A stretch of DNA of 61,766 bases, filler included. It is 3 parts of 3 records of this genome, joined end to end, with 100 filler letters (N's around TTAATTAATTAA, not from the genome) between each part and the next. Parts side by side here need not be neighbours in the genome. Positions count along the whole stretch, not along the records: positions 1 to 20,994 come from DRR723986_3989; positions 21,095 to 38,192 come from DRR723986_3994; 1 more part is not named here. The stretch is one strand, 5' to 3'. Under the pieces are notes generated by a model that made no database searches, was not told the origin of the DNA, and saw only the letters and a list, made by a program, of their open reading frames with translations. Each line of letters starts with the position of its first letter. Positions within the stretch are counted from its first letter, which is position 1. Shown here piece after piece: positions 19,007 through 26,576 of this stretch. A program made the translations under genes and the position numbers.

Positions 19007-19969
19007 TCAGGCGGCCAGAGATTCTGTGTCGATCGCCAGCGCATGATCCCGGGCGATCCTGTTCCAGCCTTCGGTTTGGTTTGGAACCTCGGGTTGCCAG
19101 CCTGTCATGTCACGAAACGCTTGCGACGTGACGCGCTGGCTGCGGCCTAGAAGGCGGCGCATTTCGGGCTGCAAAGCAAAGCGCAGCAGAAAACGGGGCA
19201 GTTTGAACAAACTGCGACGGCCTACGGCGGAGGCCAATGCCTTTATCGCCTGATCCTGCGTGAAGGGTTCTGTTTCCGCCACATCGAAGATCCCTGAGCG
19301 GGCATGGTACAGGGCCGCCATCACAGCGGCCGCCGCGTCATCGATCCAGATCATCGATTTGTAGGTGCCTGCGCTCGCCAACGGCATCACAATCCCCTTT
19401 TGCGCCATCGCGAACATGTCTTGGCTGTCACGCGAGCTGGGTCCATAGAACCCGCCAAACCGCAGGTTGATTCCGCGGTTCTGATTGTTTTGCGCGGCAA
19501 AGCGGGTCACGTGATTTTCGGCAGTGAGCGTGGATTGCAACGGTTGCGGCGGATCTATTTGCGCCGTTTTCGCACTCTGCCAACTGTCGCCGCCATCGGG
19601 ATACATGAAGAACACGCTCGGATAAATAAAGGTCCTGATGCTGCCACTCGCCAGCGCAGCATCCACCAGATTGCCCGTGCCTTCTGCGCGAATACGATCA
19701 TTGTCAGCCCAAGCTGTTGCCGATTTCATCTCGGAGGTCTTGGGGATGCGCGTCGCCAGATGCAGAACAGCATCGCAGCCCGTCATGGTTTCTCTTAGGC
19801 TTGCAGGGTCAAAGAGATTGGCGCCGGTCGGTTCTGCGCCGAGACTGCGCAGGGCCTCCATTTTTGCAGGATTGCGGCCCAATGCAGTAACTGTGTGTCC
19901 GCTTTTGACCAGTCTCTGGATGACGGGACGGCCAAGCACGCCGGTCCCGCCAGTGACGAGTATTTTCAT
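19007..19969 (-). CDS. NAD-dependent epimerase/dehydratase (extended SDR)
   Basis: MKILVTGGTGVLG Rossmann motif, DAVLHLAT, LRFGGFYGP; ATGA overlap with upstream Rrf2 stop. Confidence 0.88.
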   Translation of the reverse strand: MKILVTGGTGVLGRPVIQRLVKSGHTVTALGRNPAKMEALRSLGAEPTGANLFDPASLRETMTGCDAVLHLATRIPKTSEMKSATAWADNDRIRAEGTGNLVDAALASGSIRTFIYPSVFFMYPDGGDSWQSAKTAQIDPPQPLQSTLTAENHVTRFAAQNNQNRGINLRFGGFYGPSSRDSQDMFAMAQKGIVMPLASAGTYKSMIWIDDAAAAVMAALYHARSGIFDVAETEPFTQDQAIKALASAVGRRSLFKLPRFLLRFALQPEMRRLLGRSQRVTSQAFRDMTGWQPEVPNQTEGWNRIARDHALAIDTESLAA

Positions 19970-20469
19970 CTTGATACGTTCCTTAGATTTTGGCTGACCC
20001 ATGCTTGGCCCAGGACCGCGATACGCGGGTCAACAGAGGCGGCGAAATCGGTCAACAGATCGCTGATGGTTTCTGCCTTGAGGGCAGCGCGATAGGCTGT
20101 TTCAGCGCGAAGCATCGCACGGTTGATGCCGCATGGTTTGGGATAGGCTTTGGGATCTTCGAGGGCGCATGGCCCCCTCTGACGAATTTCGGAGCAGCGA
20201 AAAGCCGGGGCTGATCCTTCGACAGCGTGAACGATGTCTAGCATTGAAATCTCTGCGGGCGATTTCGCCAAGCCATATCCGCCAGCCGGGCCGGGAAAGG
20301 ATGTCAGGATGCCACTTTTTGCCAATGCTTTGAGGTGTTTGAGCAGATAGCTTTCCGGCACGCCATGAAATTCGGCCAAGGCCCGCCCCGAAAGCCGGGC
20401 CTCTCCGGGTAGGGCTGCCAACAATAAAACGCAATGCGCGGCCCATTCAACGCCATCACTTAGTTTCAT
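19966..20469 (-). CDS. Rrf2-family regulator, RsrR-like [2Fe-2S] type
   Basis: MKLSDGVEWAAHC (E8,W9,H12), GPAGGYGLA, FRCSEIRQRGP, PCGINRAM; AGGAG RBS. Confidence 0.88.
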   Translation of the reverse strand: MKLSDGVEWAAHCVLLLAALPGEARLSGRALAEFHGVPESYLLKHLKALAKSGILTSFPGPAGGYGLAKSPAEISMLDIVHAVEGSAPAFRCSEIRQRGPCALEDPKAYPKPCGINRAMLRAETAYRAALKAETISDLLTDFAASVDPRIAVLGQAWVSQNLRNVSR

Positions 20470-20663
20470 CGAGATCTCCTCACGAATCAATCGAGATAAC
20501 ATTTATCGTGGATATGAAAGATCGTCAATATAGACGGCAACAGACCGGGGAGGCAGGACGCCTCGATCCGGTCCGAGAGATCAGGTGATAGAAAAGCAAT
20601 GAAGTTTTACGTTGTGACCGTGCAGACAGGCGCGGTGTCTTGCTTCCCCGGTCTTCTCACGGG

Positions 20664-20994
20664 TCAGCTGGCGCGTATCTGGGCTTCTGCATTTGACCAC
20701 TGCGCGTCAGCAGCAGATTCGGCAGACAAAGCCGGGCCAATACCTGCGAATGACGTCTGGCCCTCGAATTTGAAATTCTCAATCAGCGCTTTCATCTGCT
20801 GGGCGGATTCCAGCAAAACAGCTGTCGCCGCCGAGGATTCCTCGCTCATCGCCGCGTTGGTCTGGGTCAATTGTTCAAGTTCAACAACTGTCCCTTCCAT
20901 TTGTTTGATTTGATGCACCTGATCACCGGTGGAGACAGCAATGGCCTGCACCGCTTCGGCGGCCTTGGAAATGCGGGCGACAACATCGCTCATC
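20664..20994 (-). CDS. Methyl-accepting chemotaxis protein, C-terminal fragment cut by contig end
   Basis: LEQLTQTNAAMSEESSAA methylation helix. Confidence 0.8.
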
Positions 20995-21094
20995 NNNNNN
21001 NNNNNNNNNNNNNNNNNNNNNNNNNNNNNNNNNNNNNNTTAATTAATTAANNNNNNNNNNNNNNNNNNNNNNNNNNNNNNNNNNNNNNNNNNNN
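20995..21094. other. Artificial contig spacer
   Basis: N44-TTAATTAATTAA-N44, exactly 100 nt, stops in all frames; identical copy at 38193. Confidence 0.97.
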
Positions 21095-21124
21095 GGTGGG
21101 CTTGCACCCACAACGGTTTTCGAG
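21095..21124 (-). repeat. tRNA-Ser(CGA) fragment (anticodon loop to variable arm): distal att copy
   Basis: Reverse complement CTCGAAAACCGTTGTGGGTGCAAGCCCACC; the 5' anticodon stem is not reconstituted beyond 21124, so it is a duplicated 3' half rather than a gene. Confidence 0.85.
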
Positions 21125-21371
21125 TCCAATTCCGAGGGCATCCCCTGATGGGGCAGTCAATTAAATAGGGATTTTGTTATAGCGGAATAGGCAATTTCGG
21201 CGCAGAAAACGGGCAGGGGAGTTATAGAAAAGTGTTATAGTGAGCGGGGAGTTAGGTGCGCCTTTTGAGCACTCGCTCAGGGGGAGGAGTTTTCGTTAAT
21301 GGGCCGGAAGCCAACTATCATTGCATGAAGGATAAAGGGCCGCATTTGGAAAAATCCAAGGTCTTCCAACT

Positions 21372-22265
21372 TTACCCGACTCCCGTCTCCAGAAGCTGAT
21401 CGTTATTCGCAAGAACCCGGCGGAGATGTTCCGATACGATGCGCACGCGTGGCAATTTTGCAGCCTGATCCTGAACCAATAACCAAAGATCAAGCGTAAG
21501 GCTCGCCTCGTCCTCCAGAACCCGCACCAAGCCTGCACGTTTGGCGGCAAAACAGGGCAGAACGGCAACCCCAAGACCTTTTTGCACTGCCTCCAGCTGC
21601 GCATTGAAGGAACTCAACTTTAGGCTTGGGGGGGTACCGGGGCACAGTTCTTCAAGCCAAAGTGCCATCGTCAGAAATCGCAACTCGTCGTTCCAACCGA
21701 TCACCCGAAATTGCTGCAACTCCTCCGCATGCGACGGCATCCCATTGCCTTGCGCAAAGCCCTTTGAACAATAAAGTCCAAACCCCACTTTACCGACGGT
21801 TCTCATCTTGTAGCTTCCGTGCTCAGGGCGCACCAAGCGCAACACGATATCGGATTCCCGCGCGGTCAAGCGAACGGGACGTACGCTTGAACGAATATCA
21901 AGCCTGATGTCGGGGTAATCCGACGCGAGCGTACCGAGACTGGGCAACAGGATGTTCTGGCCAAGAAGTTCGGGCGCATCCAGTCGCACCTCGCCCGAAA
22001 AACCACCTTCCTTTTCCAGCGCCGAACGTTCCAGAACCGCCATCTGTGCAGCGGCGATTTCCGCCGAAGGCAGCAGGTCCTCCCCCGCTTCGGTCAAGTC
22101 ATACCCATCCCTGTGGTGGCGAAACAGTTTCAGGTCCAGCGCTTGCTCAAGGGCCGCGATCCGCCGCGATACCGTAGACGCGCTGACACCCAGCTCACGC
22201 GACGTCGCACTCAGAGATCTTGATCGTGCCACGGCAAGGAAAAATTTCAAATCATTCCAGTCCAT
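21372..22265 (-). CDS. LysR-family regulator
   Basis: MDWNDLKFFLAVARSRSLSATSRELGVSASTVSRRIAALE. Confidence 0.93.
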   Translation of the reverse strand: MDWNDLKFFLAVARSRSLSATSRELGVSASTVSRRIAALEQALDLKLFRHHRDGYDLTEAGEDLLPSAEIAAAQMAVLERSALEKEGGFSGEVRLDAPELLGQNILLPSLGTLASDYPDIRLDIRSSVRPVRLTARESDIVLRLVRPEHGSYKMRTVGKVGFGLYCSKGFAQGNGMPSHAEELQQFRVIGWNDELRFLTMALWLEELCPGTPPSLKLSSFNAQLEAVQKGLGVAVLPCFAAKRAGLVRVLEDEASLTLDLWLLVQDQAAKLPRVRIVSEHLRRVLANNDQLLETGVG

Positions 22266-22287
22266 TTATCTTTCCATTTTCGGAATG

Positions 22288-22302
22288 CAGTTTGCAAAAC
22301 TG
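22288..22302. promoter_or_regulatory. Dyad in divergent LysR/qor promoter, candidate operator
   Basis: CAGTTT-GCA-AAACTG perfect inverted repeat. Confidence 0.4.
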
Positions 22303-22362
22303 TTTCTCGCACGTGCTCAACTTTTCTATACCCTACCATAAAATACCAAGAAGGGTAGCAAC

Positions 22363-23352
22363 ATGACACTCCAATCCACCGCACACATCTTTTCCGAATT
22401 TGGAGACCCATCTGTCTTGAATTGGCAAGATTTAGATCTTTCCGACCCTGCGGCTGGCGAAATACAGATCCGCCATGACGCCATTGGCGTCAACTATATC
22501 GACGTCTACCACCGAAAAGGCGTGTTTGCCGCACCGCTTTCGCTACCCAGCGGCCTTGGCGTTGAGGGGGTCGGCGTCATCACGGCGCTTGGCGATGGCG
22601 TCGAGGGGTTTGCTGTGGGGGATCGCGTTGCGTATGTCGGCGGGCCGCCCAATGGTTATGCCACACACCGCAACCTGCCGGCTGGCCGCGCGCTCGCGGT
22701 TCCCGATGATCTGAACAGCCAAGACGTTGCTGCGTTGATTTTCAAGGGTTTGACTGTTGAATACTTGATCCATCGCTGCGTTGCTGTCGCCAGGGGTGAT
22801 ACTGTATTGTTGCACGCCGCAGCTGGTGGTGTCGGTTCGATTGCCTCTCAATGGCTGAGCCACATCGGTGCCACAGTCATCGGCACGGTAGGTTCGGACG
22901 AAAAGGCTGAGATCGCTAAAGCCAACGGTTGCGATCATGTCATCAACTACGGCGAAGAAGATTTCCAAGCCCGTGTTGCAGAGATCACCGGCGGTAAAGG
23001 GGTCGATGTGGTTTACGATTCCGTGGGTGCCGACACATTTGCCAAATCTCTGGATTGTCTGCGCCCGCGCGGCACCATGGTGAGTTTTGGTGAAGCTTCG
23101 GGCCCGGTAGATTCCTTGGCAGTGGCATCTCTGGGGGGCAAAGGGTCTTTGTTCGTGACCCGCCCGTCGATTGCCCATTACACCGCCGACCGTGGTGAAT
23201 ACGTCGCGGCTGCAGCGAACCTTTTTAGGTCAATGAAATTTGGCGTGATCAAGGCCCCCAATGTAACGACATACGCGCTTTCGGACGCAGTCAAAGCCCA
23301 TGAAGATCTTGAGGCGCGTCGCACATCAGGCTCGGTGGTTCTGTTGCCTTAA
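22363..23352 (+). CDS. qor: NADPH:quinone oxidoreductase (zeta-crystallin/MDR family)
   Basis: AIGVNYIDVYHRKG, VLLHAAAGGVG, GVDVVYDSVG, KGSLFVTRPS. Confidence 0.9.
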   Translation: MTLQSTAHIFSEFGDPSVLNWQDLDLSDPAAGEIQIRHDAIGVNYIDVYHRKGVFAAPLSLPSGLGVEGVGVITALGDGVEGFAVGDRVAYVGGPPNGYATHRNLPAGRALAVPDDLNSQDVAALIFKGLTVEYLIHRCVAVARGDTVLLHAAAGGVGSIASQWLSHIGATVIGTVGSDEKAEIAKANGCDHVINYGEEDFQARVAEITGGKGVDVVYDSVGADTFAKSLDCLRPRGTMVSFGEASGPVDSLAVASLGGKGSLFVTRPSIAHYTADRGEYVAAAANLFRSMKFGVIKAPNVTTYALSDAVKAHEDLEARRTSGSVVLLP

Positions 23353-23460
23353 CCAATGCCACTGCAAGTGAAATCTCTCCGTTGGCCCGTTTGACACGGG
23401 CCCACTTTCCCGTAGGCTTGGCTTCCTGACTGGCCTGCGGTTTTTTTAAAGGAGCGCTCG

Positions 23461-25056
23461 ATGGGCCAAGACATTGGTGAATTTGACTATATCATCGTTG
23501 GTGCCGGAACAGCGGGGTGCTTGCTGGCCAACCGTCTCTCTGAAAAGCCCACCAACCGGGTTCTGCTGATCGAGGCAGGCAAGCGCGATACATACCCGTG
23601 GATCCATGTGCCGGCGGGATATCTTTACTGCATAGGCAATCCGCGCACTGATTGGTGTTTTGAAACTACCCCGATCACCGATTTGAATTACCGCTCGATG
23701 AGCTATGCGCGCGGCAAGGGATTGGGCGGCTGCTCGTCGATCAACGGCATGGTCTATATTCGCGGCCAGTCGCTGGACTATGACGGCTGGGCGCAAATGG
23801 GAAATACCGGCTGGGGCTGGGACGATATTCTGCCGTTGTTTCGCAAACATGAAGATTTTCACGGCGGCTCAGACAGGCTGCATGGGGTTGGCGGTGAAAT
23901 CCCGGTTCAAAAGCAGCGTGTCAATTGGCCAATCCTGAACGCCGTGCGTGATGCGCTGATCGAGCGCGGCGTGCCAAGCATTGATGACTTCAACAGCGGA
24001 GACAACGAAGGCGTCGGCTATTTCCACGTCTCACAACGCAATGGCCTGCGGGTCAGTGCCGCCCGTGCTTTTCTGAACCCAGCCAAAAAACGTCCGAACT
24101 TGCACATTCTGACCGAAGCGCATGTCAAACGTGTGGTGTTTGACGGCCGTCAGGCGACGGGCGTCGAGTTGCATCGGGGCGGCAAGGATCAGATCGTTCC
24201 GGCCCACGCTGAGGTCATTCTGTCCAGTGGTGCCATCGGGTCCCCTCAGCTTTTGGAATTGTCTGGCATCGGACAAGCCGACCGGCTGAACGACCTTGGT
24301 ATTTCTGTGCTGGCGGATCGTCGCGATGTTGGCGAAAATCTACAAGATCACCTGCAAATGCGACCCGTCTTTGCAGTTCAGAATACCAAAACCCTAAATA
24401 CCATGGCCAACAGCCTGTGGGGCAAAGCGATGATCGGCGCCGAATATGCGTTGAAACGGACAGGTCCCCTGTCGATGGCACCCAGCCAATTGGGCGCATT
24501 TATCAAATCCAACCCGTCGATCGCCTCGCCAGATCTGCAATACCATTTCCAACCTCTCTCGCTGGAAAGTTTCGGAGGTGATCTCGACGCATATCCAGCC
24601 ATCACCGCCAGCGTCTGCAACCTGCGCCCTGAAAGCCGGGGCTCGGTCCACGCGGTTTCACCTGATGCGCATCATGCACCTGCCATCAACCCAAACTACC
24701 TGTCCGAGATTGCGGACCGTCAAAAGATGGTCGACGCCATACGACTGACCCGTCACCTGATGCAAGCCAACGCCATGGCGGCATTCGAGCCGAAAGAGGT
24801 GCGCCCCGGCCAGGACTTGACTGAAGGTGAAGATCTTGTGATCGCCGCCATGCAAACTGCGTCTTCCATCTTCCACCCGTGCGGCACCTGCCGGATGGGT
24901 CCGGATGAAGATGCGATTGTCGATCCCGAGCTGCGTGTCCGGGGGATCGAGCGCCTGCGTATTGCCGATGCCTCAATTATGCCCCGCATTACATCGGGCA
25001 ACACCAATGCTCCGACGATGATGATTGCTGAAAAAGCTGCCGCGATGATTGGTTAA
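23461..25056 (+). CDS. GMC-family FAD oxidoreductase (choline/alcohol dehydrogenase-like)
   Basis: DYIIVGAGTAGC, RGKGLGGCSSINGM, GENLQDHLQ, FHPCGTCRMG, SGNTNAPTMMIAEK. Confidence 0.93.
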   Translation: MGQDIGEFDYIIVGAGTAGCLLANRLSEKPTNRVLLIEAGKRDTYPWIHVPAGYLYCIGNPRTDWCFETTPITDLNYRSMSYARGKGLGGCSSINGMVYIRGQSLDYDGWAQMGNTGWGWDDILPLFRKHEDFHGGSDRLHGVGGEIPVQKQRVNWPILNAVRDALIERGVPSIDDFNSGDNEGVGYFHVSQRNGLRVSAARAFLNPAKKRPNLHILTEAHVKRVVFDGRQATGVELHRGGKDQIVPAHAEVILSSGAIGSPQLLELSGIGQADRLNDLGISVLADRRDVGENLQDHLQMRPVFAVQNTKTLNTMANSLWGKAMIGAEYALKRTGPLSMAPSQLGAFIKSNPSIASPDLQYHFQPLSLESFGGDLDAYPAITASVCNLRPESRGSVHAVSPDAHHAPAINPNYLSEIADRQKMVDAIRLTRHLMQANAMAAFEPKEVRPGQDLTEGEDLVIAAMQTASSIFHPCGTCRMGPDEDAIVDPELRVRGIERLRIADASIMPRITSGNTNAPTMMIAEKAAAMIG

Positions 25057-25260
25057 AACGAACCAATGCCGATGTTGTGGATTGATGCCCCGTTTGTCCA
25101 CCATGGGCCGAATTGGGGGCATAGAGGAAAGGCTCGCAGGCCTAAGTAGATTTGTTTGCCAAAATAGAAAAACTATTTTGGCCACTCGGGAAAGAGACCC
25201 ATCTGTTGTTCGAGGGAAAGAGCACCGGATAGGTGCAGCGCATCTCTTGTCAGAGAGTAG

Positions 25261-25318
25261 TGGGGGAGAGACAGGGATTCGACCCCTGGGTCCCCGTGAA
25301 GGGACAACTGTTTTTGAG
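25261..25318 (-). repeat. Degenerate tRNA-Ser 3' half: internal att junction between cassettes A and B
   Basis: Reverse complement CTCAAAAACAGTTGTCCCTTCACGGGGACCCAGGGGTCGAATCCCTGTCTCTCCCCCA, colinear with the fragments at 21095-21124 and 38166-38192. Confidence 0.85.
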
Positions 25319-25680
25319 GCCATATCCAAAAGGTTCACGCCAACAAAATAAGGACTTTCGTACGTACGATTAGGCAATCTCGGCTTAGAAAACGGGTAAG
25401 GGTGTCATAGAAAAGTGTCCTAGCGAAGGGGAGTGCGCCAACTACGCATTCACTCAGACGAGAGGAGATTTTTTGAAAAGGGAGGAAATCGGACTTTCTC
25501 TGCAAACGCGAGGTGGGAATACATCAACAGCGAGATCCGACATTCAAGTACCTATTGGTTATCCAATACTTAGGCCAACTTAGGCGCACAGCGGAGTTTG
25601 TGGAGAAGAGGTTTTGACCAATCCTGTTCCAAATCACCCCATCTCCCAGACTCTCAGCCGACTCCTATGTCAAATCGTTG

Positions 25681-26478
25681 TTAAGAAAAATTTTCCTCCC
25701 CAGTCATTCGTGTCTTTTCGAGCAGAAAATTCCGTACAGTCGGGGTGATGAAGCGATGTTCCATCGGATATATCCCGCATTTTGAAAGCGAATGGCGTGC
25801 CGACTGGGACGCCTCAATCCGTTTCCAAATGGATCTGGACGCATATGGAGACCGACGCGGACGCCAGGCAAGCCCCAGCGTCATGCCCCGCAAATAGGTG
25901 CGTTGCTGACGATGCGCCGGATAGAGAACTGTTTCGGTCAAAGAGCCTTCCTGATCACTTTCGAATTCCAGCACAAAAATGCGCCCCCCCATGTAGCTGG
26001 CCTTGCCGTTGTATCGCGTCCGGTTGATGGGGCCTTGTTCTGGGTTTTGCCCGCGTTCAACAGTTCTGGCCAGAACCTGCCCACGCTGTTCATAGAGTTC
26101 GGTGAATCCGACCATGACAGAGCCCGGCCACGATGGGGTCAAAAAGTGAATATGATAGCTCCCGATGTATTTTCGCAATCGCGTGATGTCACCTGGAAAG
26201 GCATGGGCCAATGGATCTAGGGAGGACCGCGAAGAGTTCTGATCGGGAACACCACGGTGTCCGATAAAGTCGGCCGGGTCCATGAAGAGATGTTGTTCTT
26301 GCAAGCCAAAATGTAGGCAGATTTTTCGCAGGTTATGAGCGGATGGCAGGCCTGCACCATTCAGGTATCGGCTGAATTGCTGCTGATTGATTCCAATCTC
26401 TCGGCAAATCTGCGCAATCGAGACTCTCTCGGCGCAGAGATGTTTCAGATTCTTTGAAAAACTTTCATGATTGGGCAT
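25681..26478 (-). CDS. XRE-family HTH regulator with C-terminal domain of unknown function
   Basis: FSKNLKHLC...SIAQICREIGINQQQFSRYLNG...PSAHNLRKIC; divergent from the cargo operon. Confidence 0.85.
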   Translation of the reverse strand: MPNHESFSKNLKHLCAERVSIAQICREIGINQQQFSRYLNGAGLPSAHNLRKICLHFGLQEQHLFMDPADFIGHRGVPDQNSSRSSLDPLAHAFPGDITRLRKYIGSYHIHFLTPSWPGSVMVGFTELYEQRGQVLARTVERGQNPEQGPINRTRYNGKASYMGGRIFVLEFESDQEGSLTETVLYPAHRQQRTYLRGMTLGLAWRPRRSPYASRSIWKRIEASQSARHSLSKCGIYPMEHRFITPTVRNFLLEKTRMTGEENFS

Positions 26479-26576
26479 CAAGCGTTATCACTTCTTCACA
26501 TAATTGCTAATAGTAGCTAAAGAAATACAATACTCGCTAACTTGTTTTTGGCAAGGGCCTTGGTCAGGAATACCCC

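Larger units (their letters stand above)
21095..25260. mobile_element. Cassette A: integrase-less tRNA-Ser-targeted islet (LysR, qor, GMC oxidoreductase)
   Basis: Bounded by tRNA-Ser 3'-half copies at 21095 and 25261; both non-coding ends homologous to those of cassette B. Confidence 0.72.

Noticed and set aside
21039-21050. TTAATTAATTAA palindrome inside N runs (also 38237-38248)
   Set aside because: Identical 100-nt construct at both gaps with stops in all frames; an assembly linker, not biology.
20664-21124. Apparent disruption of the MCP gene by the tRNA island
   Set aside because: The two lie on different contigs joined artificially.
23461-25056. betA assignment for the GMC oxidoreductase
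   Set aside because: Only general GMC motifs; no betB or betI context.
25261-25318. Functional tRNA-Leu(CAA) gene
   Set aside because: No D arm or 5' acceptor strand, damaged T loop; colinear with the Ser(CGA) 3' half.
25139-25586. Inverted 10-mer GGCCTAAGTA (25139) / TACTTAGGCC (25567) plus tandem ACTTAGGC around the middle att
   Set aside because: Suggestive of arm sites but poorly conserved in the other arm copies, and a 10-bp match in this span can occur by chance.
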